Under the pieces are notes generated by a model. The model searched no databases. It saw nothing but the letters and a program-made list of their open reading frames with translations, and was not told the DNA's origin. A stretch of DNA of 64,000 nucleotides from an uncultured Gemmatimonadales bacterium (lineage in GTDB: Bacteria > Gemmatimonadota > Gemmatimonadetes > Gemmatimonadales > GWC2-71-9), in the NCBI GenBank assembly GCA_963728915.1, contig CAVSLV010000001.1:1152001-1216000 (forward strand), in the 5' to 3' direction. Positions within the stretch are counted from its first letter, which is position 1, and each line of letters starts with the position of its first letter. Shown one piece after another: positions 9,725 through 19,220 of the stretch. A program made the translations under genes and the position numbers.

Positions 9725-11070
9725 TGGTCCGGGGTGAATTCCCGCTCGAGAAACCGGGTGTCGACTTTACCTGCGACGAAATCGGGATGGCGGATCAGGC
9801 GACTCAGGAAGGGAATCGTGGTGGTGACGCCTTCCAGAATGAAGCTGTCGAGCGCCTGGCCCATTCGCACCAGCGCTTCGGTCCGATCCCGGCCGTGCAC
9901 GATCACCTTGGCGAGGAGCGAGTCGTAGAAGGGCGGGACGGTATATCCGGCGTAGACGTGGGTATCCACCCGCACCCCCGGACCGCCCGGCGGGTGATAT
10001 GCGGTGATCTGTCCCGGGCTGGGTTGAAAGTTGCGGGCCGGATCTTCCGCATTCACTCGACATTCGATGGCATGCCCCCGGAGGCCGTTGATCTCCGGGG
10101 GAAGGCTGAGCGGCTCGCCCGCGGCGATCCGGATCTGCTCTTTCACCAGGTCGAATCCAGTCACCATCTCCGTCACCGGGTGCTCGACCTGAATCCTGGT
10201 GTTCATCTCCATGAAGAAGAAGCAGCCGGACGGATCGAGCAGGAACTCCAGCGTGCCGGCGCCCAGGTATCCGATGGCCGAGGCCAGGCGCACCGCGGCC
10301 TCGCCGAACCTGGCTCGAAGGCCGGCGTTCACCGCGGGGCTCGGGCTTTCCTCGACCAGTTTCTGATGCCGGCGCTGGACCGAGCAGTCCCGTTCGCCCA
10401 GCTGCACGATCCGGCCGTGGGTATCCCCCAGCACCTGGATCTCGATGTGGCGGGGCCGGTCCAGGAACTTCTCGACATAGACCGACCCATCGCCGAAGGC
10501 CGCGAGGGCCTCGTTCTGGGCGAGGGAAAACATCTGGGTGAACTGCTCGGGCTCCCGGGCGATCCGCATGCCCTTCCCGCCCCCGCCGGCCGACGCCTTG
10601 ATCAGTACCGGAAACCCGATCTGCTCGGCGACCTCGAGCGCCTCCTCAGGATTCTCGAGAATGCCCTCGGACCCGGGGACGGTGGGGACGCCGGCATCCG
10701 CGGCGAGCCGCCGGGCCGAGGCCTTGTCGCCCATCGCCTCGATCTGTTCGGGCAGCGGCCCGATGAAGGTGATATTGGACGCCCGGCAGATCCTGGCGAA
10801 TTCCGCGTTTTCGGCGAGGAAGCCGTAACCCGGGTGGATCGCATCAGCCCCGGTGATTTCGGCGGCGGCAATGATGCGGGCAATGTTGAGGTAGGATTGC
10901 CGGGCCTGGGGCGGGCCGATGCAGACGTCGTCGTCGGCAAAGCGGACGTGGAGCGATTCGCGGTCCGCCTCGCTGTACACCGCGACCGTCTGGATGCCGA
11001 GCTCGCGGCATGCCCGGATCACTCGCAGCGCGATTTCGCCGCGATTGGCCACCAGCACTTTCTGGAACAT
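9721..11070 (-). CDS. accC: Acetyl-CoA carboxylase, biotin carboxylase subunit
   Basis: [48 protein letters not shown]. Confidence 0.98.
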   Translation of the reverse strand: MFQKVLVANRGEIALRVIRACRELGIQTVAVYSEADRESLHVRFADDDVCIGPPQARQSYLNIARIIAAAEITGADAIHPGYGFLAENAEFARICRASNITFIGPLPEQIEAMGDKASARRLAADAGVPTVPGSEGILENPEEALEVAEQIGFPVLIKASAGGGGKGMRIAREPEQFTQMFSLAQNEALAAFGDGSVYVEKFLDRPRHIEIQVLGDTHGRIVQLGERDCSVQRRHQKLVEESPSPAVNAGLRARFGEAAVRLASAIGYLGAGTLEFLLDPSGCFFFMEMNTRIQVEHPVTEMVTGFDLVKEQIRIAAGEPLSLPPEINGLRGHAIECRVNAEDPARNFQPSPGQITAYHPPGGPGVRVDTHVYAGYTVPPFYDSLLAKVIVHGRDRTEALVRMGQALDSFILEGVTTTIPFLSRLIRHPDFVAGKVDTRFLEREFTPDQ

Positions 11071-11094
11071 GTCAGCAGCTCGTCGCGGGGACCA

Positions 11095-12276
11095 TCAGGG
11101 CGCAACGTTCCGGCTGAGCCCCTGCACTTCGGGACTGACCGATGTGGGGTCCGAGAAGGTCCGATCAGAGGCGGTGGTCACCCCGGCCGCGCGGAGGCTG
11201 AATTCGTTCGGGTTGGTGGCGTAGTGGAGCGCCGCTTCGTAGCTGATCACCCCCGCCTTGTACCATTGCATCAGGGATTGATCGAAGGATTGCATGCGAT
11301 AGGAGATGGAGCCTTCCGAGATCAGGTCGGGAATATTGAGGGACTTCTCGATACTCCGGATGTTGTCCGCGACCGCGGCGGTATTGATCAGGATCTCCGC
11401 CGCCGGCACCCGTCCCCGGCCATCGGCCCGGGGCACCAGGCGGAGCGAGATCACCGCGGCCAGCGCGGTGGAGAGCAGCGAGCGCACCTCGCCCTGCTGG
11501 TGCGGCGGATAGAAGGAGAGCACCCGGCTGATCGTCTGGGTGGTGTCGGTGGTGTGCAGGGTCGAGAACACCAGGTGACCGGTGTCCGCCGCCTTGAGCG
11601 CGGTATCCAGCGTCTCGATGTCCCGGATTTCGCCGAGCAGGAGCACGTCGGGATCCTGGCGCAGGACATGGCGGAGCGCATTGGTGAAGGAGAGCGTATC
11701 GCTCCCCACTTCCCGCTGCGCGATGTGCGCCATCGCGTCCCGGTGCAGGAACTCGATGGGATCCTCGATGGTGATGATGTTCACCCGGCAATGCTTGTTG
11801 ATGTGGTCGATCATCGCCGAGAGCGCGGTGGACTTTCCGGAGCCGGTGACCCCGGTCACCAGGACCAGCCCGCGCGGCTTCAGGGCGATGGTTTCCAGCA
11901 CATCGGGCAGGTTGAGCTCGCGGATCGACGCCACCTCGTAGGGAATGACCCGGAGCGCGAACGCCAGCGTCCCTCGCTGCTGATAGATGTTGGTCCGGAA
12001 TCGGCCGACCCCGGGGACGCCGATCGCGAAGTCGGCCTCCTTCCGCTCGGCGAACTCCTTGATCTGGCGCGGGGTCATGACCTGCTCGGCAAGCTGCTTG
12101 AGCTCTTCGGGCCGCACCGGAAGCATCGGGAGGGCGAACAGCTCGCCGTTGACCCGCACCGTGGGTGGACGCCCGACCTTGAGGTGCAGGTCGGAGGCGT
12201 TCCGCTGCACCATCTGAGAGATCGCCGCCTTGAAGTTGAACGGGGCGGCCGAGGATTCCGACGCGGCTTCAACCAT
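11095..12276 (-). CDS. PilT/PilU family type IV pilus retraction ATPase
   Basis: [49 protein letters not shown] and MQSFDQSL. The AIRNLIRE helix reads AVADNIRS (PilU/PilT2-like). Start 12276 overlaps the accB stop. Confidence 0.93.
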   Translation of the reverse strand: MVEAASESSAAPFNFKAAISQMVQRNASDLHLKVGRPPTVRVNGELFALPMLPVRPEELKQLAEQVMTPRQIKEFAERKEADFAIGVPGVGRFRTNIYQQRGTLAFALRVIPYEVASIRELNLPDVLETIALKPRGLVLVTGVTGSGKSTALSAMIDHINKHCRVNIITIEDPIEFLHRDAMAHIAQREVGSDTLSFTNALRHVLRQDPDVLLLGEIRDIETLDTALKAADTGHLVFSTLHTTDTTQTISRVLSFYPPHQQGEVRSLLSTALAAVISLRLVPRADGRGRVPAAEILINTAAVADNIRSIEKSLNIPDLISEGSISYRMQSFDQSLMQWYKAGVISYEAALHYATNPNEFSLRAAGVTTASDRTFSDPTSVSPEVQGLSRNVAP

Positions 12277-12748
12277 GCGGTTCCACCCGGAACAGGACCT
12301 GTCCGAACTCCACGGCCTGGGCGTTCTCGACCACGATTTCCCGCACCACCCCACCGAACTCGGCCTCGATCTCATTCATGATTTTCATCGCCTCGATGAT
12401 GCAGACCGTCTGTCCCGCCGAGACCCGGCTGCCCGCTTTCACGTAGGGATCAGCCCCCGGCTCCGGGGCGGAATAGAAGGTGCCGACCATCGGGGACTTG
12501 ATCTCCTTGAGGGTCGTGCTCGGGGGCGGAGAGACCCGGGGCGTTTCGGGCGCGGCCCGGCTGGGGGCCGAGGTCTCGATCGGGACCGGGACGGGAGCCG
12601 GATCCGCGGCTGTCGAGGAACGCGAGGCGTTCCGGGTAACCACCAGTCGCTTCCCGAACCGGCCGGAAATCTCGATGGATCCGATCTCGGGCGACTCGCG
12701 AAGCAGCTGAATCAGCTGCGCCAGCTCCTTCAGGTCGTCCGGATTCAT
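12269..12748 (-). CDS. accB: Acetyl-CoA carboxylase biotin carboxyl carrier protein
   Basis: SPMVGTFY and the EAMKIMNEI biotinylation motif, with a Pro/Ala linker. Confidence 0.98.
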   Translation of the reverse strand: MNPDDLKELAQLIQLLRESPEIGSIEISGRFGKRLVVTRNASRSSTAADPAPVPVPIETSAPSRAAPETPRVSPPPSTTLKEIKSPMVGTFYSAPEPGADPYVKAGSRVSAGQTVCIIEAMKIMNEIEAEFGGVVREIVVENAQAVEFGQVLFRVEPHG

Positions 12749-12793
12749 GGGTGCATAAGCTCCCGGCCGGGCCGGTCACGAGAAGGTGATGAC

Positions 12794-13879
12794 TCACAGG
12801 AGTTCCAGCAGCTCGGTCCGCCCGTCCGTGAGACACTGGGGACCCTGGGGCAGGAGGTGGATATCGTCCTCCAGGCGAACGCCCCCCCACCCCTCAAGAT
12901 AGATACCCGGCTCGACGGTGACCACGGCCCCCGGCGGGAGGAGCTCCTCGGCGGTGACGGCAAGCCGTGGCCCCTCATGGACTTCCAAACCCAACCCGTG
13001 CCCCAGGGAGTGCCCGAACGCCTCCCCGAATCCCCGTTCGGTGATCAGATCGCGGGCCAGCGCGTCGGCCTCCCGGCCCGACATCCCCGGCAGCATCTCG
13101 GTGCGGGCTCGGCGCTGGGCCGTTTCCACGGCGGCGTAGACCTCGCGCTGACGCCCATCGGCCCGGCCCAGCGCGACGGTGCGGGTTATGTCGGATGCAT
13201 AGCCGCCCAGCTGCGCGCCGAAGTCCATCAGCAGAAACTCCCCCCGGCTGAGGGGACGCTGGGCGGCGCGTGCATGGGGCAGGGCGCTCCGCGGACCCGA
13301 GGCAACAATGGTTTGAAAAGGATGCCATTCGCTGCCCCGCAGACGTAACGCCGACTCCAGCCGCGCGGCGATCTGGAGCTCGGTGTCTCCGGGGCGGATC
13401 GTCTCGATCACCTCGAAGAAGGCGGCGTGGGCAATCGCCGCGGCGTCGCGAATCAGGGCGACTTCGCAATCATCCTTGATCATTCGGAGCTCTTCCACCA
13501 GCCCCGAGGTCGGAACCGGATCGGCGTGCTCGATCCCGGTGAGCCGCTCCGCATCCCGGACCGTGATCCGCTCCCGCTCGAATCCGAATCGCACCGGCCC
13601 CGCCGAGCCGAGCATCTCGCGGACCCGGTTCCACAGATTGGTGTTCTCGATGATCGCCTCGCCCACTCCGCGGATCTCTTCCGGCGCCTGAAGCGCGTAC
13701 CGGGTATCGGTGACGAGCAGGGTGCGGTCGCGGTGGAGGACCAGCTGGCCGGCGGACCCGGTGAACCCGGTGAGATACCGGAGATTGGTCGGGTGACCAA
13801 TCAGCATGGCATCGAGGCCGAGTAGCTCAAGCCGCCGGCGCAAGGCGGCTTGCCGGGCCAGCCGGTGATCAGCGGCCAT
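12794..13879 (-). CDS. Xaa-Pro aminopeptidase/dipeptidase (M24B)
   Basis: YLTGFTGSAG, DFGA...GYASDITRT, HSLGHGLGLEVHE, TVEPGIY, GVRLED. Confidence 0.96.
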   Translation of the reverse strand: MAADHRLARQAALRRRLELLGLDAMLIGHPTNLRYLTGFTGSAGQLVLHRDRTLLVTDTRYALQAPEEIRGVGEAIIENTNLWNRVREMLGSAGPVRFGFERERITVRDAERLTGIEHADPVPTSGLVEELRMIKDDCEVALIRDAAAIAHAAFFEVIETIRPGDTELQIAARLESALRLRGSEWHPFQTIVASGPRSALPHARAAQRPLSRGEFLLMDFGAQLGGYASDITRTVALGRADGRQREVYAAVETAQRRARTEMLPGMSGREADALARDLITERGFGEAFGHSLGHGLGLEVHEGPRLAVTAEELLPPGAVVTVEPGIYLEGWGGVRLEDDIHLLPQGPQCLTDGRTELLELL

Positions 13880-14306
13880 GAACGTGACGATGAAGACGCT
13901 GGAGGGCCAGCCGATAGCCTTCGGGGCCCTTGCCAGTGATCAGCTCGATCGCGAGATCGGCGAAAACGAGGCGCCGGCGGGCCTCTTCCCGCTTGGCAAC
14001 GTCGGTCAGGTGAACCTCGACGAAGGGAATCTTGACCGCCAGCAGAGCATCCCGGATGGCGAGACTCGAATGGGCATACGCCCCGGCATTGAGAATCAGC
14101 CCGTCCGCGGTATCGGGGAGCCGCTGAATCTCGTCGACCAGGGTCCCCTCATGGTTGGTCTGGAGCCATTGGATCGTCACCCCGATCCGGCCGGCTTCTT
14201 CCCGCACCAGGTTTTCGATCTCGGCGAGGGTGGTGCGACCGTAGATCTCCGGTTCCCGGATGCCTAGCAGATTCAGGTTCGGACCGTTGAGGACCGTAAC
14301 CCGCAT
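13869..14306 (-). CDS. aroQ: Type II 3-dehydroquinate dehydratase
   Basis: LNGPNLNLLGIREPEIYG, QTNHEG, VEVHL. Confidence 0.95.
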   Translation of the reverse strand: MRVTVLNGPNLNLLGIREPEIYGRTTLAEIENLVREEAGRIGVTIQWLQTNHEGTLVDEIQRLPDTADGLILNAGAYAHSSLAIRDALLAVKIPFVEVHLTDVAKREEARRRLVFADLAIELITGKGPEGYRLALQRLHRHVHGR

Positions 14307-15759
14307 TCAGGATTTCAGACCGCGCAACCAGGCGTGGAATTGCTCCAGCTCTTCCACCTCACCGGACCGGGGGGTCACCTCCGCGCGCTCCGACATGAGC
14401 TCGGAAGGGGGGGAGCCGCTGACCGGCGCCGGTGGATTCTCGGTGGCGAAGAACTCATCGAAGCTCGGCGCCTTGTCTTCCTCTTCGCGATCGAAGGCCG
14501 GGGGGTGGACCGTCGTCGCGGGACGAGGCCGACCCGCCGCGAAAAGCGTGGTCAGAAAATCCTTGACCGCAGTCCCACCGGTGTTCGCGGCATCATGGCG
14601 CCTGACCGGCTCCGGAGGGGGCTCGGGGGCTGGCGGCGGAGGCGGTGGGGCCAAACTCAGGGCAAGCTCGTCCGCCAAGGCGGCAATGCGTTCGTTGTCC
14701 GGCTCACGCTGGCGCAACTGGGCGTATACGGCGAGGGCAAGCTCGCGGTGACCCTGGCGAAGAAAGATCTCAGCCATCGTTTCGGTAACCAGAAGCTCGG
14801 GCTCAGGCTCGGGCTCGGACTCCGTGTCAGGCTCAGGTTCCGGTTCAGGCGCAGGCTCACTCTCCACAGCCGTCGTCTCTTCGGCTTCGGCAGCTTCCGG
14901 CTGAGCAGGAGCCTGGGTCTCTCAGTCGAAACGGGGCTTTGTTCTGTCTCGATCCGTGACGCGGTCTCGGCGACCGGCGTCGGCACAGGATCGGCTCGAG
15001 AATCGGGTCATCCAGCCAAGCGATGAGCTCTTCGGGGAGATCCGCGAGGGACTCCGTGCCCGATGGGGTCTTCAGGGGTTCCTCGAAAGCCGGCTCAGAA
15101 CCAAGCTCGGAAACGAGGGAAGATTCCGCCTCGATCGGGTCCGAATCGATGGGGGCAGGTTCCGGGGTGTAGGTCTCCTGCTCGGCCTGCGCCGCCTCGA
15201 GCACCAGCCCGGAAGCACCCACTGCCTCTTCGTCTGCTATGGTGGGCAGATGCTTTCCGATCTCGATGATCTCAATGCCTTCCAATCGAACCGAAGAAGG
15301 GGTCAAGGCTGCGGAATCGTTACGGGGCCGGAAATCACCGACCACCGCGGGCACCGCGGTGAGGTCGGCCCGCAGGCGATCGAGCTGTCCTTCGGCTTCT
15401 TCGTTATTGCGATCGATTTCGAGGAGCGACTCCAGGCGCCGGATCGCATCGGAGGTGCGTCCCTCCTCCTCGGCGAGGTCGGCGAGGGCCTTGAGCGCGA
15501 TCACATTCTCGGGATCGAGCTCGGCGACGCACAGGAAATCCAGCTCTGCGAGCGCGCGTTCGCCGGAATCCAGGTGGCAGCGACCCCGGACAATGTGCGC
15601 GGGGATGTACCCGGGGTGCTGAGCCAGCCCGGTATCGAGCAACTCAAGCGCCCGTGTCAGCGCACCGTTCTTCCGGTATGCTTCAGCCAGGGGTGCGAAG
15701 GTCAGCCCGCGCGGGTTGTCTTGCCACCGGCGCTCCAGCTTCTCGATCTCGGTCGACAC
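14307..15759 (-). pseudogene. TPR protein split by two apparent 1-nt deletions in its acidic linker (pseudogene or assembly error)
   Basis: N-terminal TPRs (FAPLAEAYRKNG...) lie in ORF 14857-15759. The middle segment DPVPTPVAETAS...VSTE is in a second frame. The C-terminal EPEPEP linker and VTETMAEIFLRQG are in a third frame ending at 14307. Confidence 0.7.
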
Positions 15760-15848
15760 GGGGCTAAAGATACTCTCCTTGAGGTGACCGCATGAGCCCG
15801 TTAAGCTTCATGGTTTCATACCCTTAGCTAATCGGAACCTTTCCTCGC

Positions 15849-17693
15849 ATGATGCAATTCTTTCGGAGCATCGCCAAACCCCTCATCCTGGTGACAGCGA
15901 TTGCATTCTTCGTCTGGCTCGTCGTCGACCTGAGCGGCCTCAGTGGCGGAGGTGGGCTCCTCACAAAGACTTCGGTCGGTAAGGTCAACGGTACCAGTGT
16001 CGACCTGAGAAGCTTCCAGGCCAACGTCCAACAGGCCACCCAGGAACGCCAGAGCCGTACCACGGGTTCCCTGGGACTCGAAGAGCAGGCCGAGGTGCGG
16101 GACCAGGTCTGGGAGCAGACGGTCCAGGAGATCATTTTCCGTGCCGAATACGACCGGTACGGGATCAGCGCCAGCGACCAGGAAGTCGCCGCGGCCATCC
16201 GAAGCTCGCCGCCCCAAGACCTGATCAACGAGCCCTTCTTCCAGACCGACGGCAAGTTCGATCCGGAGAAGTATCAGGCATGGCTGACCTCTTCCCAGGG
16301 TCAGGCGGTCATTCCGATCCTGGAGCAGCGGTACCGGGAGCAGATCCTTCGGGGAAAACTGTTCCAGCGGGTTGTCGCCGACGTGACCATCTCGGACGCC
16401 GCGTTATGGCAGCGGTATCGGGACGAGAAGGAGACGGTGCGAGTCGGGGTCCTGAGCATGGACCCGGCCGCCATGGTAGGGGACAGCAGCGTCACCGTCA
16501 CGTCGCAGGAGGCCGAGAAGTATTTCAACGACCACAAGGAGGAGTTTCGCCGGAAGCCGGCGGCCTTCGTGAGCTATATCGCAGTGCCCCGGTTGCCGAA
16601 CGGGGCCGATACCAGCGCGGCACACTCCCGGGCGGAACAGGTTCGGGCCGAGATCGTCGGGGGGACCCCTTTCGCGGAGGTAGCCCGGCGTGAGTCGGCA
16701 GACACCATCTCGGGCAAGGACGGCGGTGAGCTGGGCGAGCTGAAGCTGACGCAGGTGGACTCGGCGTTCGCCACCGCGGCGCGAACCCTTCCCCTCAATC
16801 AGCTTTCTCAGCCGGTGCTCAGCCAGTTCGGCTATCACCTGATCGAGGTGGAAAGCCGGAACGCGGACACGTTCAAGGCGCGCCATATCCTGATCCCGAT
16901 CGAGGTGACCGGAAGCCATCGGGATTTCCTGGATCGTCGAGCTGATTCGCTCGAGACCCTTGCGGCGGAGCGGCTGGAAGGATCATCGCTCGATACGGCG
17001 GCTTCGGCGCTCCATCTCACGATCGGGAAGGCGGGTCCGCTCAGTCAGGGCCTCATCGTGAGCGTGCCCGAGGCGGGGCAGGTCCCGGACGTGAGCGTGT
17101 GGGCATTCGAGGCGAAGGCGGGGGAACAGAGCCCGGTTATTGAGGCCGAGCGCGCGTACGTGGTCTTTCGGCTCGACAGCCTCCAGGAAGGCGGCATACC
17201 GACCTTCGCCGCGGCGCGGCCGGAGGCGGAGGGACGGGTGCGGTTGGAGAAGAAGATAGAGGTCGCCAAGCAGGAGGCGGATCGGATTGCGGCTCAGGCG
17301 AAGCAATCCGGCGGGCTCGCGTTCTTCACCACCAGGCCCGGCATGAGCTATCGCGCCGAGGGGCCGTTCTCTCGCCTGAGCGCACCCTTCCGTGATCCGG
17401 CGCTCGTGGGGGCAGCGTTCGGCGCTCCAGTCGGCGGCATTACCGGACCTGTCACGGGCAACGACATGCGGGTGTCTCTGCTCCAGATCCTGGAGCGGAC
17501 CCCTGCGGACTCAGCGGATTTTGCGAAGAATATTGGAACGATCCGGGCCCAGGCTCTCCAGGCAGCTCGTCAGAGCCGGGTTCAGGCCTATCTGGCCGAG
17601 CTCCGGTCTGAAGCGAAAATCGTCGATAACCGGGCGGACATTTTCCGGACCAACGCCCAGACGGCGGCGGCCCAGCCCGCCCCCAGCCGGTAG
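15849..17693 (+). CDS. ppiD: PpiD/SurA-like periplasmic chaperone, parvulin-type peptidyl-prolyl isomerase
   Basis: N-terminal TM anchor, SurA-N domain (FQTDGKFDPEKY), parvulin motifs FAEVARRESAD..SGKDGGELG and SQFGYHLI. Confidence 0.9.
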   Translation: MMQFFRSIAKPLILVTAIAFFVWLVVDLSGLSGGGGLLTKTSVGKVNGTSVDLRSFQANVQQATQERQSRTTGSLGLEEQAEVRDQVWEQTVQEIIFRAEYDRYGISASDQEVAAAIRSSPPQDLINEPFFQTDGKFDPEKYQAWLTSSQGQAVIPILEQRYREQILRGKLFQRVVADVTISDAALWQRYRDEKETVRVGVLSMDPAAMVGDSSVTVTSQEAEKYFNDHKEEFRRKPAAFVSYIAVPRLPNGADTSAAHSRAEQVRAEIVGGTPFAEVARRESADTISGKDGGELGELKLTQVDSAFATAARTLPLNQLSQPVLSQFGYHLIEVESRNADTFKARHILIPIEVTGSHRDFLDRRADSLETLAAERLEGSSLDTAASALHLTIGKAGPLSQGLIVSVPEAGQVPDVSVWAFEAKAGEQSPVIEAERAYVVFRLDSLQEGGIPTFAAARPEAEGRVRLEKKIEVAKQEADRIAAQAKQSGGLAFFTTRPGMSYRAEGPFSRLSAPFRDPALVGAAFGAPVGGITGPVTGNDMRVSLLQILERTPADSADFAKNIGTIRAQALQAARQSRVQAYLAELRSEAKIVDNRADIFRTNAQTAAAQPAPSR

Positions 17694-17694
17694 G

Positions 17695-17946
17695 TTACTG
17701 CGAGAGCCGCTTCGGCTCGCCGCTCGTCGTGGTGTTCTGGGGAGGGGCATCCAGCTGACGCGAGGGAGTCGCCGACCGGTCTTCGGCCGGCTCTTTCAGC
17801 GCGTCGGCGGTATCGGAGAGGCTCCGCTTGAACTCGCGGATTCCCTTCCCCATGGAAGATCCGATCTCCGGGAGGCGCTTCGCTCCGAAGACGAGCAGCA
17901 CCACCACCAGAATGATCATGATCTCGGTGAATCCCAGATTCCCCAT
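17695..17946 (-). CDS. tatA: Twin-arginine translocase subunit TatA/TatE
   Basis: LGFTEIMIILVVVLLVFGAKRLPEIGSSMGKGIREFK. Confidence 0.97.
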   Translation of the reverse strand: MGNLGFTEIMIILVVVLLVFGAKRLPEIGSSMGKGIREFKRSLSDTADALKEPAEDRSATPSRQLDAPPQNTTTSGEPKRLSQ

Positions 17947-17955
17947 AAAGCCTCG

Positions 17956-18228
17956 TTAGAACAGTGATCTGGCGACCAGGTACGCCAGCGCGACTCCCAC
18001 CAGACTGAGCAGCGACAGCTCGACCCCCATCGGGCCGATGGTGAAGTGTACCACGAGCAAGTTGACCGGAACAGGTCCAAGTTCCGCTGATACCGAGTAG
18101 GTGAAAAACGTCTTGGTCGGGCTGTCCGGGAGCATCGCCCGAAGGAAGGCGTTGAGATAGCCGCCGACCAGGAATCCTGCGATCAGGACGAAGAAATAGA
18201 ACCGGGGGCGTCTGGGTCCCTGGGCCAT
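17956..18228 (-). CDS. Small two-TM membrane protein (DUF4321-like)
   Basis: FFVLIAGFLVGGYL ... PVPVNLLVVHFTIGP ... SLLSLVGVALA. TGATG coupling to the upstream gene. Confidence 0.75.
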   Translation of the reverse strand: MAQGPRRPRFYFFVLIAGFLVGGYLNAFLRAMLPDSPTKTFFTYSVSAELGPVPVNLLVVHFTIGPMGVELSLLSLVGVALAYLVARSLF

Positions 18229-19220
18229 CAGCTCCGGCGCTCCAGAACGAAGGTCAGGCTGGCGCGAAGCTGTTCCCGTGCCGGAGTGGCCGGCAACGCT
18301 TCGAGCGCGGCCTCGGCGCTGGCGCAGAACCCCTGAGCCCGGGACCGGGCGTAGGAGATACCGCCACACGCAGCCACCGCGTTGATCACTCCGGCAATCT
18401 CCGAATCGCTGGGCTCCGGGTTTTCGAGCAGACGCTCGACCTGGCTCCGCTGCTCGGAGGTCATCCGGGGCAGGGCATGGATGAGGGGAAGGGTGACCTT
18501 GTGTTCGCGGAGGTCGTGGCCCGCTGGCTTGCCGGTATCCGCTTCCGCCGCAGTGAAGTCCAGCACGTCGTCGACGATCTGGAAGGCCATCCCGAGTCCT
18601 TCACCGAATCGGCGCAGCGCGCCCCGCTCCGCCGGGCTTCCCCCGATCCCGCCAACTTCGCAGGCGCCGGACATGAGCGACGCAGTTTTGGCCCGGATGA
18701 GGAGGTCATAGTCCTCCTCGGTGAAGGCGAGCGGATCATGGGCCAGAAGCTGACGCATCTCGCCGATGGTCATTTCATTGGTCACCCGCGAAAGCACCCG
18801 GAGCGGGGCAAGATCACCCATGCCGACCAGCTCGATGACCGCCCGGGAGTAGAGGTAATCCCCCATGATCACGGCGACCTGATGACTGAACAGGGCGTTC
18901 AGGGTCGGCATGCCGCGTCGCAGCACGGAATGATCCACTGCGTCGTCGTGCACCAGCGTCGCGAGGTGGATCAGCTCGACCACCGCGGCGAGTGGAACGG
19001 ACCGGGGGTCCGGGGTCGAGGAGATGGCCGCATCCGACAGGAGCACGAGCGTGGGGCGGAACATCTTGCCCTGCATCCGGGCCAGATGGGCGTTGGCCTG
19101 GGCGATCAGGGGAAAATCGGCCTCGATCAGGCGGCGGATTTCGTCCCGGACCATCCGGAGCCGCTCCTCGACCCCCTGTTGCAGGCCCTGGAGATTGGGG
19201 GCAATGGTTCCCGAAGTCAC
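18228..19220 (-). CDS. Polyprenyl diphosphate synthase (IspB/HepT-like)
   Basis: GKMFRP, ELIHLATLVHDDAVD...RRG, KTASL, AFQIVDDVLD, GKPAGHDLRE. Confidence 0.96.
   Translation of the reverse strand: MTSGTIAPNLQGLQQGVEERLRMVRDEIRRLIEADFPLIAQANAHLARMQGKMFRPTLVLLSDAAISSTPDPRSVPLAAVVELIHLATLVHDDAVDHSVLRRGMPTLNALFSHQVAVIMGDYLYSRAVIELVGMGDLAPLRVLSRVTNEMTIGEMRQLLAHDPLAFTEEDYDLLIRAKTASLMSGACEVGGIGGSPAERGALRRFGEGLGMAFQIVDDVLDFTAAEADTGKPAGHDLREHKVTLPLIHALPRMTSEQRSQVERLLENPEPSDSEIAGVINAVAACGGISYARSRAQGFCASAEAALEALPATPAREQLRASLTFVLERRS

Noticed and set aside
9724..12381. 885-aa + strand ORF spanning accC and pilT/U
   Set aside because: Antisense shadow; accC and pilT/U happen to share a frame.
14795..14860. 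Hexamer repeats GGCTCG/GGCTCA/GGTTCA
   Set aside because: They simply encode an in-frame Glu-Pro linker.
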